A DNA stretch of 62,948 bases, filler included, from 5 parts of 5 records of this genome joined end to end with filler, not necessarily neighbours in it, one strand, 5' to 3'; counted from the first letter of the whole stretch, positions 38,564-50,073 are shown. Notes: generated by a model from the letters alone, not told the origin. A program made the numbers and translations.

Positions 38564-40408
38564 TTAGATGCTCGCCTGCACTGAATGCAATCCGGCATAG
38601 ACCCCGTTTTGCGCCATCAGCTTGTCATGCGTTCCTTCTTCGGCAATGCCATCGCGCGTCAGCACCAGGATGCGGTCTGCGTGACGCACCGTGGAGAGTC
38701 GATGGGCAATGACCAGAGTGGTGCGGCCCACCGACAGCCCCAGCAGGGCCTGCTGCACAGCCCGCTCGCTTTCATTGTCGAGCGCACTGGTGGCCTCGTC
38801 AAATATCAGGATCGGCGGGTTCTTGAGGAATGCCCTTGCGATGGTCAGTCGCTGCTTCTGTCCCCCCGATAGCTTCACGCCACGCTGGCCAATATCGGAA
38901 TCGTACCCCTGGGGCAGGGCCATGATGAAGTCATGCGCATTGGCTGACCTGGCTGCCGTGATCACCTCTTCCTCCGAGGCATCCGGGCGTCCATAGAGCA
39001 GATTTTCCCTGACCGTGCCGCTGAACAGGTAGATATCCTGCTGCACCACCCCAACATGGCGCCGTAGCGACGCCAGCGTCACGTCGCGCACATCGCGTCC
39101 GTCAATACGCACGCTGCCTTCCAGCACCTCGTAGAAGCGCGGGATCAGGCTGCACAATGTGCTCTTGCCGACGCCCGACGGCCCGACCAGGGCCACGAAT
39201 TCCCCCGGCGCAATGCTGAGGGACACAGTGCTGAGCACTTTGGGTCCGTCCGCTTCATAGCCGAAGCTGACATTTTCAAACGCAATCCGACCTTTCACCT
39301 CCTCCAGCGCTGCCGCTCCCGGGCGATCGGTGATCTCCGCCTTTTGCTCGAGCAGTTCCATCGCCCGGATGAACCCGGTATGGCCCTCCTGCCAGAGGCG
39401 GATGAAGTTATCGAACCGCTTGATCGGGTCGAGCAGCACGCCCACGCAAAGCAGCAGGGTCAGCATATCGGCCGCTGTCAGGTCGCTGCTGAGAATGCGA
39501 ATGGCACCGCCCACGATCACCACCACGGTAATCAGCTGGCCAAAGCCATCCATGCCGCTCCACAACAATGCCTCGCTGCGATAGCCGTCTTTGCGGCTGG
39601 CCAGAAAGCGACGATTTTCCCGCCCGAAACGGCGGATTTCGTCCCCATCATTGGCGAAGGACTGCACCACGCGAATACCGCCCAATGCGTCCTCCACCCG
39701 CTCATTGATATCCGCAATCCGCTCCTTGGTGTGGCGTAGCGCGATATTCATGCGCTTGTTGAAGTAAATCGCGTAACCTGCTGCGAACGGGACCAGCATC
39801 ACGATTGCCAGCGCGATGACCGGATCGATGATTGCCACCACGGTCATGGCCCCGGCAAACTTGAGCAGGGCAATGGCGAGGTCTTCCGGGCCGTGGTGGA
39901 ACAATTCTCCCAGCCACAGCGAGTCATGGCTGATCCGGCTCATCAGCTGTCCGGTGCGTTGGCGGTCATAATAGCTGAAAGACAGCGTCTGGCAGTGCTC
40001 GAACAGTTCCTGGCGAACCTGGGCCTCGATCTTGGCGCCCATGGCATGGCCCTGGTAATCGACAAAATAGGTCGCCAGCGCCTGGAGCACGAAGATGGCC
40101 ACCATCACGGCGCCGAGGGCCAGCAACTGCCCCATCGCATCGCGTGCCGTCTGCAGCTCTGGCAGGCGCCCCACGATGTGGTTGGCCATCAGTGGCAGGG
40201 CAATTGCTGTCCCCGCCACCAGCAAGGCGCAGGCCAGCACCGCCGCCAGCAGCGGCAAGTGCGGCCGATAATAGGACAGGAACCGCCGGAAGCGCGCTTG
40301 CGCTAAGCGTCTGGCGTCCGGATCAGTGTGGCGAAAAGGGGCAAATAGACGGGAGAGCAGGCTAGGGCGTTTGGCGCGCCGATCCTGTGCAGAGAAGTGA
40401 AGAGACAT
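38564..40408 (-). CDS. ABC exporter, fused permease/ATPase
   Basis: TM domain, HHGPED, GPSGVGKST, LSGGQKQR, IFDEATSALD. Confidence 0.93.
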   Translation of the reverse strand: MSLHFSAQDRRAKRPSLLSRLFAPFRHTDPDARRLAQARFRRFLSYYRPHLPLLAAVLACALLVAGTAIALPLMANHIVGRLPELQTARDAMGQLLALGAVMVAIFVLQALATYFVDYQGHAMGAKIEAQVRQELFEHCQTLSFSYYDRQRTGQLMSRISHDSLWLGELFHHGPEDLAIALLKFAGAMTVVAIIDPVIALAIVMLVPFAAGYAIYFNKRMNIALRHTKERIADINERVEDALGGIRVVQSFANDGDEIRRFGRENRRFLASRKDGYRSEALLWSGMDGFGQLITVVVIVGGAIRILSSDLTAADMLTLLLCVGVLLDPIKRFDNFIRLWQEGHTGFIRAMELLEQKAEITDRPGAAALEEVKGRIAFENVSFGYEADGPKVLSTVSLSIAPGEFVALVGPSGVGKSTLCSLIPRFYEVLEGSVRIDGRDVRDVTLASLRRHVGVVQQDIYLFSGTVRENLLYGRPDASEEEVITAARSANAHDFIMALPQGYDSDIGQRGVKLSGGQKQRLTIARAFLKNPPILIFDEATSALDNESERAVQQALLGLSVGRTTLVIAHRLSTVRHADRILVLTRDGIAEEGTHDKLMAQNGVYAGLHSVQASI

Positions 40409-40466
40409 GGATCACTCTGTCCTGAAGGAAGTGCGGGTTTTGCTGAGCGGACAGAAGGGCTTTCAT
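40362..40466 (-). CDS. Putative 34-aa leader ORF overlapping the exporter start
   Basis: GGAG RBS, then MKALLSAQQNPHFLQDRVIHVSSLLCTGSARQTP*, out of frame with the exporter. Confidence 0.35.
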   Translation of the reverse strand: MKALLSAQQNPHFLQDRVIHVSSLLCTGSARQTP

Positions 40467-41046
40467 CTCGATCTCCCGAGTTTCGATAGGTGTGCAAACT
40501 AAGCTGCGCCGAGGCGTGAAGACAATGCAGGCCAAGGAGCAACACGGTCTCTGTGACGATTTCGCAACAATGGCATCGATTCCATGCGCGCCGCCGCCTC
40601 ATCAACGATTTGACGATGTTTCCCGCCACAATCTGACCCTAAAGCAGGATGCATGGCATTCGGGGGCGGATGCGATTACTCCTCTAGGCGCAGAAAACCA
40701 GCGCTTGAGTTGTGTCGGCTTCCCCATGAACGAAGGTCTGAACGAGCGGCGCAATGCGCCAGAAACGGTGGCTATGGACACCCATTTGCGAACCAGAATG
40801 GTTCCCCAGGCAAGCGGCTCCCAAACAGGAGCGCGGAGCATGGAACATCGTTGTGATGGGATGGGCTGAATGCGGTCACAAAGCGCGTTTACGACTTCTT
40901 CAGACTTTGCTTTGCCCGGCCGCGTCATCCGGGCAATATCATCAGTGATCAGATGCGGCATGCCCAACCGGGTTCCCGCAACGGCGAGCCCGCTACGGCG
41001 ATCGTCAATCGGTTGCGCCCACAGCTTTGTGGGCGAAAGGAGTGTT

Positions 41047-41853
41047 ATGCGCACCACTTGGGACAAGTCCCTTGCCTGCGCCGTGTCCGGAGCGTTGCTG
41101 GCCCTTGGCCTTGCCGCTCCTGCGTACGCCCAGACGGCGGCCGATGCGGCGCTTGACTTCGCCCGCACGCTCGATGGCACGGGCGCCTTTGTGTCCAATG
41201 ATACCTATCTGTCTGCGCTTGAAAGCGACGCTGCCGCCGGTCGGCCGCTGGCGCTCTGGCAATTGGGCACGATGTATGAAAACGGCGAAGGGGTCGACAA
41301 GGACCCGGTCAAGGCCTTCGGCTATTTCGCGCAGATCGCCAATCAGCATGCCGATACCGCGCCCCGCGGGCTTGAAGCCGATATCGTCGCGAATTCCTTC
41401 GTCAAGCTCGGTGAATATTTCCGCATGGGTGTGCCCGAAGCCGGCGTCTCCCAGAACCCGGCCGAGTATCATCGCATGCTCATGCATGCGGCCACCTATT
41501 TCGGTGATGCCGAGGCCCAGTACCGTATTGGATTGCTCTACCAGCAGGAAGACGGGTTGGGCCTGAGCCCCATGCTGTCCGCCCGCTGGCTGCAATCGGC
41601 TGCGCATAAGGGTCATTGCCTCGCGCAGGCGCAATTGGGCGATCTGCTGTTCAACGGCATGGAGAGCTATCCGCCCCGTCCTGCCGAGGGGCTGATGTGG
41701 CTCAATTTCGCGCAAACTACATGCTTGGGCACCAGCGACCTGGCGGCGGCCGAGAAGCTGCTCGATCGCGCCATGTCGACGGCGACGCCCGAAACGCGCG
41801 CTGCGGCGGTCGAAATGGCCAATTCGGGCGTGGTTGTCAGCGCCGAGTTCTGA
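41047..41853 (+). CDS. exoR: Sel1-repeat periplasmic regulator, ExoR-like
   Basis: AAAGGAG RBS, signal peptide, Sel1 repeats (WQLGTMYENGEGV, AATYFGDAEAQY); convergent with xth as in rhizobia. Confidence 0.75.
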   Translation: MRTTWDKSLACAVSGALLALGLAAPAYAQTAADAALDFARTLDGTGAFVSNDTYLSALESDAAAGRPLALWQLGTMYENGEGVDKDPVKAFGYFAQIANQHADTAPRGLEADIVANSFVKLGEYFRMGVPEAGVSQNPAEYHRMLMHAATYFGDAEAQYRIGLLYQQEDGLGLSPMLSARWLQSAAHKGHCLAQAQLGDLLFNGMESYPPRPAEGLMWLNFAQTTCLGTSDLAAAEKLLDRAMSTATPETRAAAVEMANSGVVVSAEF

Positions 41854-41856
41854 CTT

Positions 41857-42642
41857 TCAGAAGCTGAAGGCGCCTTCAACCGGCACATGGTCGCTGGGCT
41901 TGTCCCAGCCGCGCACATCCTTGTGTACAACGACATCGTCGAGCCGGTCCGCCGCTTGCGGTGAGAGCATCAGATGGTCGATGCGAATGCCGGCATTGCG
42001 TCGCCATGCCCCTGCCTGGAAATCCCAGAATGTGTATGCCTCTTCGGCTGTGATGGCCCGCAGGGCATCGGTCATGCCCATATTTCTCAGGATGCGGAAC
42101 TTCTCGAGGCTTTCCGGCCGATAGAGGGCATCGCCCCACCAGGCCTCGGGGTCGTGGGCGTCGATGGGGGCGGGGATCAGGTTGAAGTCGCCCATCAGGA
42201 TGAAGGGTTCCTCCAGCGCCAGACGGTCCCCGACAAAGCTGTTGAGCCGATCCATCCAGGCCAGCTTGTAGGGGAATTTTTCGGTATCCACCGGGTTACC
42301 GTTCGGCAGATAGATATTGCACACCCTGACGATGCCGCCGTCGATCGAGAAGACCCCTTCGATCAACCGGGCCTGCTCGTCCTCGGCATTGCCAGGCAGT
42401 CCGCGATGCACTTCGTCAAAGGGCAGCTTGGAGAGCAGGGCAACCCCGTTCCAGCTTTTCTGCCCATGCGTTTCGACATTGTAGCCCAGCGCTTCGAACG
42501 CGGCTTTTGGAAAGCCTTCGTCGACCGTCTTGATTTCCTGCAGGCCGACAATGTCGGGCTTTTCCTCCTCCAGCCAGCGCAGCACCAGCTCGAGCCGGGC
42601 CTTTATGCCGTTGATATTCCAGGTGGCAATGCGCAGGGTCAT
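41857..42642 (-). CDS. xth: Exodeoxyribonuclease III
   Basis: ATWNING, LQEIK, YLPNG, GDFN, GIRIDH, SDHVP. Confidence 0.95.
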   Translation of the reverse strand: MTLRIATWNINGIKARLELVLRWLEEEKPDIVGLQEIKTVDEGFPKAAFEALGYNVETHGQKSWNGVALLSKLPFDEVHRGLPGNAEDEQARLIEGVFSIDGGIVRVCNIYLPNGNPVDTEKFPYKLAWMDRLNSFVGDRLALEEPFILMGDFNLIPAPIDAHDPEAWWGDALYRPESLEKFRILRNMGMTDALRAITAEEAYTFWDFQAGAWRRNAGIRIDHLMLSPQAADRLDDVVVHKDVRGWDKPSDHVPVEGAFSF

Positions 42643-42653
42643 TGGATTTTGCC

Positions 42654-43751
42654 TCAGATCAGGTCGGCATAGACGGCGGCGATGATATCCTTTGGATAGC
42701 GCCCCGTGCACCCCTCAACTGCTGTATTGCTCATGGAAATGATGCTCAGGCCATTGATCGGGTCGATAAGCCAGGAATGACCATAAACGCCGCCCCAATT
42801 GACCGTACCCTTGGCCGACGGCGAATTGGCGGCCACCGGATCGTCCACAATGGCACCCAGATACCCGAAGCGTTGCCCCGGGTCGCGCTCCACGTTGCCG
42901 ACCTGGTTTGAGAACGCTTGAGCAATCGTCTCTTGTCGAACCGCACCGCCGCCACCGTTGCGCATGGCTTCGAGGAAGCGCAGCAGGTCTGCTGGGGTGC
43001 CGGCCATTCCTGCGCCGCCGGACTGGAAGGCCCGCGAACTGAAAATGCGGGATGGCGAAAAAATCAACGGACCCTTGTCGCCTTGGACACTCTGCGGATC
43101 CGACATCGGCACGGGCGGCATTCCGTCGGCATAGGGCTTGGCCAGTCTTTTCTCGTCAGCCACGAAAAAACCGGTCTCGGTCATGCCCAGCGGACCGGTG
43201 ATGTGCGCCTTCACCGCGTCATCGAGCGTACCCCCATGAACCTGGGCCAGCACCGCTCCGAGAACGTCGATGGCCACGGAATATTGCCACGCGGTCCCTG
43301 GCTCGTAATCGAGCGGGTGCCTTGCAACACGGGCAAAATTTTCTTCGAGGCCCTGATCGGTCGCGCCCAGACCCGTCGAGATCGTCGAGTCCTGCGGATA
43401 GCTATAGGCCAGGCCGGCCGTATGCGTAAGCAGGTGATGGATCGTGATTTCAGCTTCCCGGCCATCCTTCAGACGAGGCGAAAACCAGGGAATATGCAGG
43501 ATCACCCGATCGTCCAGCCCGATCAATCCCTTGTCCACCATGGCCAGGGCCGTCGCGGCAACGATGGGCTTGGTAAGCGAGGCCAGCCGATAGATCGCAT
43601 TATCGATCATCGGGCGATCGGCCTCCCGATCGAACCAGCCGGCACTCCGTTGATAGGCGACATCCCCATGACGGGTGACAATCAGCTCCGCACCGACAAT
43701 TTTCTGATTGGTGATGGCAGCATCCATCACGGCGTCGATGCGACTGGACAT
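42654..43751 (-). CDS. Serine hydrolase, beta-lactamase family
   Basis: SLTK (SxxK), LLTHTAG, WQYS, WGG. Confidence 0.9.
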   Translation of the reverse strand: MSSRIDAVMDAAITNQKIVGAELIVTRHGDVAYQRSAGWFDREADRPMIDNAIYRLASLTKPIVAATALAMVDKGLIGLDDRVILHIPWFSPRLKDGREAEITIHHLLTHTAGLAYSYPQDSTISTGLGATDQGLEENFARVARHPLDYEPGTAWQYSVAIDVLGAVLAQVHGGTLDDAVKAHITGPLGMTETGFFVADEKRLAKPYADGMPPVPMSDPQSVQGDKGPLIFSPSRIFSSRAFQSGGAGMAGTPADLLRFLEAMRNGGGGAVRQETIAQAFSNQVGNVERDPGQRFGYLGAIVDDPVAANSPSAKGTVNWGGVYGHSWLIDPINGLSIISMSNTAVEGCTGRYPKDIIAAVYADLI

Positions 43752-43809
43752 GATCTTGATTCCTCCTGTTCCGACCGGACCTTAGCGTCCGGTGCACAGG
43801 AGGTGAAGC

Positions 43810-44163
43810 TTAGACGGCGAAACTGGTGCCGCAGCCGCAGGACGCGACGGCATTGGGATTCTTGATCTGGAATGCCTGGCCGATCAGGTCGTCGACAAAG
43901 TCGATTTCGGCTCCGCCCATGAATTCAAGGCTCAGGGAATCGATCAGCACCGTGGCATCGCCCTTTTGCAGGACAAGGTCATCATCGCCCGGCGTTTCCT
44001 GCACCAGATTGTATTCGTACTGGAAACCCGAGCAGCCGCCACCGGCCACCGATACGCGCAGCACCGTGCCAGGCGCTTCCTTGGACAAGATGCGCGACAC
44101 ACGCTTGGCGGCGCGGTCTGAAAGGGTTACGGCAGGGGCATCGGCAAGTGCGGCGTCGGTCAT
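43810..44163 (-). CDS. erpA: A-type Fe-S carrier ErpA/IscA
   Basis: GGGCSGFQY, CGCGTSF. Confidence 0.92.
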   Translation of the reverse strand: MTDAALADAPAVTLSDRAAKRVSRILSKEAPGTVLRVSVAGGGCSGFQYEYNLVQETPGDDDLVLQKGDATVLIDSLSLEFMGGAEIDFVDDLIGQAFQIKNPNAVASCGCGTSFAV

Positions 44164-44250
44164 GGGATATCCAGGGTCAGTCGTAATGTCATAACGCTCG
44201 TCCTAAGATAGGCGTTCAATGCGCCGTTGCAAAGGCCCGGAAGAGACCAG

Positions 44251-45399
44251 ATGAGAGACACCGCCTCCTACGCCAGCAAGTCATCCCAATCTATCGGGCG
44301 ACTTTTTGGCACCGGTGCAAGCCCGACACGTTCCGAATTTCAGCGCGATCGTGACCGGATCATCCACTCGACTGCCTTTAGGCGCCTGCAGCACAAGACC
44401 CAGGTGTTCCTCGCCCATGAGGGTCGACACTTCCGCAATCGCCTGACCCACACACTGGAAGTCAGCCAGATTGCGCGCTCCATTGCCCGGGCCCTGCGTC
44501 TCGACGAAGATCTGGCTGAGGCCATCGCGCTCAGTCACGATCTGGGTCACACCCCGTTCGGCCATGCCGGCGAACGGGCGCTCGACCGGGCCATGGAGCC
44601 CTTTGGCGGGTTCGATCACAACGTTCAGGCGCTACGCGTCGTGACGCGCCTCGAAAACCGCTATGCCGAGCATGACGGCCTGAACCTGACCTGGGAGACA
44701 CTGGAAGGCATTCTCAAGCACAATGGGCCGCTGCCCCATTTGGTAAACCTCGCCGAAATTCCGGCGCCAGCCGATCTGCGGGTCGCCACCTATGCCAGTC
44801 TTGAGGCGCAGGTCGCCGCCATTGCTGACGACATCGCCTATAATGCGCATGACATTGATGATGCCCTGCGCGCCAACCTGGTGACGCTGCAGGACTTTAT
44901 CGGGGTGCCCATGGCCGGCCCTATCGTGGAGGAAGTGCTCGAGTGCTATCCCGATATCGCCGTCAAACGCCAGACCCATGAAGTCCAGCGACGCATGATC
45001 ACCCGGGCGGTTGAGAATGTGATCGCCACCGGCTCGGAGAATATTGCCACGGCCGGGGTCGATTCACCCGAGGATGTGCGGCTGGCGGGGCGGACACTGC
45101 TGCAGTTCTCTCCTGCAATGGCGACCGATGAAAAAGCGCTGAAGGCCTTCCTGTTTGCGCGCGTCTATCGCCATGAGGATGTCATGGTGCCGGTCCGCGA
45201 GAGTGAGGCCGTAGTGGAGCGGCTTTTTGCATCCTATATGGCCGACGCGGACATGCCGGGCCGCTGGGGCGAAGCGGGCAGGGCAGTGGACGGAGCAGGC
45301 CGTGCACGAATTGTCGCCGACTTTATCGCCGGGATGACCGACCCATACGCTCTTGATGAACACCAGCGTCTGTTTGACGCTCGACCGGATTTCCGTTAA
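44251..45399 (+). CDS. dgt: dGTP triphosphohydrolase
   Basis: FQRDRDRIIHS.AFRRL..KTQV, RLTHTLEV, HDLGH.PFGH, IAGMTD. Confidence 0.95.
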   Translation: MRDTASYASKSSQSIGRLFGTGASPTRSEFQRDRDRIIHSTAFRRLQHKTQVFLAHEGRHFRNRLTHTLEVSQIARSIARALRLDEDLAEAIALSHDLGHTPFGHAGERALDRAMEPFGGFDHNVQALRVVTRLENRYAEHDGLNLTWETLEGILKHNGPLPHLVNLAEIPAPADLRVATYASLEAQVAAIADDIAYNAHDIDDALRANLVTLQDFIGVPMAGPIVEEVLECYPDIAVKRQTHEVQRRMITRAVENVIATGSENIATAGVDSPEDVRLAGRTLLQFSPAMATDEKALKAFLFARVYRHEDVMVPVRESEAVVERLFASYMADADMPGRWGEAGRAVDGAGRARIVADFIAGMTDPYALDEHQRLFDARPDFR

Positions 45400-45487
45400 C
45401 CCGGCGCGACAGGAGCGTTTCCCGAAAAAAGTGTTTCCACTTTCCGGTTGGGGAACGTGACCAGGACAGTCTCCCCACAGGTTTGAC

Positions 45488-47233
45488 ATGGACATTTTCG
45501 CCCTTTTCACCACCCGGGTCATCGAGGCCCTGCGTGCCGACTATCCCCAGCTCGACGACGAGCTGCTTGCGCGCGTGGTCGTGGAGCCGCCGCGCGATCC
45601 TGCCCATGGTGACCTTTCGACCAATGCCGCCATGGTCGTGGCCAAGCCGCTCGGCAATAACCCGCGCGAAGTGGCGTCTGGGCTGGTTGATCGCTTCAAG
45701 TCAGCACCCGATGTGACTTCGGTGGATGTCGCAGGACCCGGTTTCATCAATTTCCGTCTCGCAGATTCGATCTGGCATCAGGTGCTCCGGGACGTCGGCG
45801 CGCAAGGCGAGAATTTCGGCCGGACCGATCTGGGCAAGGGTGAACGGGTCAATGTCGAATTTGTTTCGGCGAACCCCACTGGCCCCATGCATGTGGGCCA
45901 CACCCGTGGCGCCGTGTTCGGTGATGCTCTGGCGTCCCTGATGGCCTGGTCAGGCTATGACGTCACCCGGGAATATTACATCAACGACACCGGCGGGCAG
46001 ACCATTATTCTTGGTCAGTCGGCCATGCTGCGCTATCGCGAAGCTCTCGGGGAGACCATCGAGATTCCGTCCGGCTTCTATCCCGGCGACTATCTGGTGC
46101 CTGTCGGCAAGGCGCTGGCGTCCGAATACGGCAAGTCATTGTTGGACATGCCCGAGCAGGAGGCTGTGCTGATCGCGCGTGAAGCCGCGCTCGCCGCCAT
46201 GATGGAACTGGTCAAGGCCGATCTGGCCCAGCTCAACATTCATCACGACGTGTTCTTTTCTGAGCGCACCCTGCATGGTCAGGGTGGCGATATCCAGACC
46301 ACGCTGGACTGGTTGCGTGAAGAAGGCATGGTCTATGAAGGGCGACTGGAGCCCCCCAAGGGCAAGACACCCGAGGAATGGGAAGATCGCGAGCAGACCC
46401 TGTTCCGCGCCACCGACTATGGCGACGACACCGATCGCGCCCTGATCAAGTCCGACGGCTCCTACACCTATTTCGCCGCCGACATCGCCTATCACCGCAA
46501 CAAATATCTGCGCGGCTTCAAGCACATGATCAATGTGCTCGGCGCGGACCATTCAGGCTACGTCAAGCGCCTGCAAGCGGCGGTCAAGGCCGTCTCCCAT
46601 GGCGAGGCCGACATTGACGTGCGCATCTGCCAGCTGGTGCGGCTGCTCAAGAATGGCGAGCCATTCAAGATGTCCAAGCGCTCCGGCGACCTCGTCACCC
46701 TGGCCGACGTTGTCGATGAAGTCGGCGCCGACGCGACTCGCTTCATGCTGCTGTTCCGGCGCAATGACGCATCGATGGATTTCGATTTCGCCCTGGTCAA
46801 GGAACAGACGCGCGACAATCCGGTCTTCTATGTCCAATACGCCCACGCTAGGGCCTGCTCGATTTTCCGCACCGCAGAACGCGACATGCCCGAGCTCGAC
46901 GCGTCGCCCGCCGCACTGGCCGCAGCGGAGCTCGAACTGCTTGGCAGCGCTGCAGATATCGAGCTGATCCGGCTCCTCGGCGCCTGGCCACGCACCGTGG
47001 CCGCAGCCACGATCGCCCATGAGCCGCACCGCATCGCCTTCTATGTTCACGAGCTTGCAGGGGCCTTGCATGGCTTCTGGGCCAAGGGCAAGGACGAACC
47101 GCAGTTACGATTTGTTAACCCTTCGAGCCCGAAGTTGACGCTAGCGCGACTCGCACTCGTCGACGCCGTTCGTCAGGTAATCCGCAACGGCCTAGGGATT
47201 TTGGGGGTCTCTGCGCCCGAAGAGCTTTCATAA
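45488..47233 (+). CDS. argS: Arginyl-tRNA synthetase
   Basis: [31 protein letters not shown]. Confidence 0.97.
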   Translation: MDIFALFTTRVIEALRADYPQLDDELLARVVVEPPRDPAHGDLSTNAAMVVAKPLGNNPREVASGLVDRFKSAPDVTSVDVAGPGFINFRLADSIWHQVLRDVGAQGENFGRTDLGKGERVNVEFVSANPTGPMHVGHTRGAVFGDALASLMAWSGYDVTREYYINDTGGQTIILGQSAMLRYREALGETIEIPSGFYPGDYLVPVGKALASEYGKSLLDMPEQEAVLIAREAALAAMMELVKADLAQLNIHHDVFFSERTLHGQGGDIQTTLDWLREEGMVYEGRLEPPKGKTPEEWEDREQTLFRATDYGDDTDRALIKSDGSYTYFAADIAYHRNKYLRGFKHMINVLGADHSGYVKRLQAAVKAVSHGEADIDVRICQLVRLLKNGEPFKMSKRSGDLVTLADVVDEVGADATRFMLLFRRNDASMDFDFALVKEQTRDNPVFYVQYAHARACSIFRTAERDMPELDASPAALAAAELELLGSAADIELIRLLGAWPRTVAAATIAHEPHRIAFYVHELAGALHGFWAKGKDEPQLRFVNPSSPKLTLARLALVDAVRQVIRNGLGILGVSAPEELS

Positions 47234-47305
47234 TTCGGGCGCATTGGTGTGAAAATACGCGGAAAATCCTTGACAGGACATTCCGCATTCTAGGGGCGCT
47301 GCCAA

Positions 47306-49106
47306 ATGACGTCAGCGAAACCGCAATCGATGGCCGCACAGACTGAAGCACCCGACGATCTTATTGCCGAGCTGGCGCGCTTGATGGCCGACGAGGCGCG
47401 TGGCGACCAGCCGCAAGCCAAAGAGCAGCCGGCGCCCGTGCGCATTCCTGGGGATCCCAAGCCGGAGCCCGCGCCGCGTGTCGATCTGACGTCCAGCACC
47501 GCTGGCCAGTCGACCCAGCCCACACCGTCATCGGTGCGCATTCCCGGCGCTGACATGACGCCCGCAGCACCCAAGATCGAGCCATTCAACTTCGATTTCG
47601 GCCTCCACCCCGGGCAGGGCGACGCGGTTGCCGCCTCAGCGCCCGCACGCCCCGCGCCCCAGCTGACGCCCGAAGCCGTCGACACCACTGATGAGCCGGC
47701 CGACGAAGAGCTGGCGCCGCTCGACCAGGATAGCCTCGCCGACCTGATCGCGGCCGAGCTCGCGACAGACCTCTCTGCCCCGGAACCAGCCAAAGCGCCA
47801 ACCGCGCCCGAACCAAAATCCGAGCCGCCCGCCCGCAGCGACGACAATTTCGGCATGCCGCCTATTTTTGGCCTCGGCGACGGCACGGTAAAGCCGCAAG
47901 CGCCGGTGCAGGCCACCCCGGCAGTGGAACGGCAGCAGCCTGTCGTTTCCGCATCACCACAGCCGGTTCAGCCCAAAAAGTCCGACGATCCAGTTGACCC
48001 GCTCGATGAAATTGAGCGCCTGGTCGGTCCGGCCGTCCGCATGTCGCCGCCTGCCGCGCCGGCAAGCCCGGCCCTGCGCAGCCTTGCAACTCCCACTGTC
48101 GCCACAGCGGCACCGGCAAAGGCTGTCGAGGCCACGCCCGTGGCGCCTAAGCCTGCCGAAACCGCGCCCTCGGTCCGCACCGACGATATGAGTTCGGTGG
48201 ACGAAGCCATTCTGGCAGCTGCGGCGGCCACCGGTGCCCATGTGGAATGGGTCAATGGCAATGGCCGCGGCACCCCCGATTCCGAGTCAGTCGAGACCGA
48301 AGCCCTGGCCGAGCCGCAGCGCGCACCGCGCCGCATGAACCGCGCCCTGGTCGGACCTCTCGTGGCTGTCGGCCTGCTGGCCGTGGCCGGATTTGGCCTG
48401 TATTGGGTCCTGGGGCAGGGCGGAACGACGACCGGTCCGGCGCCACTGCTGGTCGCCGATACCAGCCCGACCAAGGAAGTGCCCGAGGTCGCGGAAACAC
48501 CAGAAGCACCGCAATCGGTGGTGTTCAACGAAATATCCGGCGCCAATACCGGCGACGGCGAACAATTGGTGTCGCGCGATCAGGCAGATACCGAGGCTGT
48601 GGTTGCGGCCAATAGCGTCCCCACCAGCGTCGGCGTGCTCTCCGACGCCGAAGCCAACACGGTCGATCCCAATCAGGATGGTCTCGTCAATCGCAAGGTG
48701 CGCACCGTGACCGTGCGCCCCGATGGCACCATCGTCAGCGGTGATGACAGCCTCGCCGGTTCGGCAATTCTGCCCGTTGATCGCCCCGATGTCCCCGAAG
48801 TGCCGGGCGCCGATTTCTCGACGCCCGACCTGATCGCCAGCGCACAGACCGACACGCCCACGCCCGCTGCCGCCACAGAGACGTCGCCGGAAACGCCGGT
48901 TCCGGCGACGAGCATTGCCGAACCGGGTTCGGACATTGCCATTGTGGATTCCACCGGAGCTGTCGTGCCGGGCAACACCGTTCGCGTGCCCATGGAACGT
49001 CCGTCCGATTTCGCCGCCCTGGCCTCGTCCGCAATTGCCGCTGCCAATGCGGCCCCGGCCCCCGTCGCGGCTGAACCTGTGGCGACGCCGCCTGTGGAGC
49101 AACAGA
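47306..49106 (+). CDS. Probable SPOR-domain cell-envelope protein, 3' truncated
   Basis: Pro/Ala-rich, single TM, RKVRTVTVRPDG motif, conserved position after argS. The SPOR domain itself would lie beyond the contig end. Confidence 0.75.
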
Positions 49107-49206
49107 NNNNNNNNNNNNNNNNNNNNNNNNNNNNNNNNNNNNNNNNNNNNTTAATTAATTAANNNNNNNNNNNNNNNNNNNNNNNNNNNNNNNNNNNNNN
49201 NNNNNN
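49107..49206. other. Artificial contig spacer
   Basis: N runs with TTAATTAATTAA. Confidence 0.99.
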
Positions 49207-50073
49207 GGCGACGAGGTGATCGGGGTGGAAATCGTGCGCCGCCTGCTGCGTGCGCCGCAACTGTCCAGCCTGCGTGGCACATTGCTGGTGGTGCCCGTGG
49301 TCAACTCTTTCGGCTTTCTCAACCGCTCGCGCTATTTGCCCGACCGGCGCGACCTGAACCGCTGTTTCCCCGGCACGCCCTCGGGGTCACTGGGGTCGCG
49401 GCTGGCGCATTTGTTCCTGCACGAGATCGTCATGCGCTGCGATTTCGGGATCGACCTGCACTCGGCGGCGATCCACCGCACCAACCTGCCGCAATGCCGC
49501 ATCACGCCGGGCGACAAGATCACCGCCAAGATGGCCCGCGATTTCGGGGCGCCTGTGATCCTGAATTCGCCCCTGCGCGACGGATCGCTGCGCGGCGAAG
49601 CGGCGGCGCGCGGCACGCCGGTGTTGCTGTATGAGGCGGGCGAAGGCCTGCGGTTCGATGAATTCGCCGTGCGTGCCGGTGTGGCGGGCATCCTGCGGGT
49701 GCTGCGTGCGCAGGACATGCTGCCCGCCAAGGGCATCGCCAAGAGCAAGTCGTCCTCGCTGATCTGCAAAGGCTCGCACTGGCTGCGCGCCCCCGCAGGC
49801 GGGCTGCTGCGCACGTTCCGCGACACCGGTGAGGTGGTGGAAAAGGGCGACGTTCTGGCGGCCGTCTCGGACCCCTTCGGCCACGTCGAGGTCGAGTTGA
49901 AAGCGCCCGCTGCAGGCATCCTGATCGGGCGCGCGATCCTGCCGGTGGTGAACGAGGGCGATGCGATCTTTCATCTGGCCGAACTGGGACCGCGCGCGGA
50001 TGAAGACACGGTCGAGGACATGACCGCCCAGCTCGAGGCCGATCCCATCTTTGACGAAGACGAGATTATCTAA
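49207..50073 (+). CDS. Succinylglutamate desuccinylase/aspartoacylase (M14) family, 5' truncated
   Basis: GDE, RRDLNRCFPG, IDLHS, YEAGE, biotinyl-like C-terminal hairpin. Confidence 0.9.
   Translation, partial: GDEVIGVEIVRRLLRAPQLSSLRGTLLVVPVVNSFGFLNRSRYLPDRRDLNRCFPGTPSGSLGSRLAHLFLHEIVMRCDFGIDLHSAAIHRTNLPQCRITPGDKITAKMARDFGAPVILNSPLRDGSLRGEAAARGTPVLLYEAGEGLRFDEFAVRAGVAGILRVLRAQDMLPAKGIAKSKSSSLICKGSHWLRAPAGGLLRTFRDTGEVVEKGDVLAAVSDPFGHVEVELKAPAAGILIGRAILPVVNEGDAIFHLAELGPRADEDTVEDMTAQLEADPIFDEDEII

Noticed and set aside
42654..43751. Beta-lactamase resistance gene
   Set aside because: No signal peptide, and the WGG and LLTH motifs fit family VIII esterase-like hydrolases. Resistance is unsupported.
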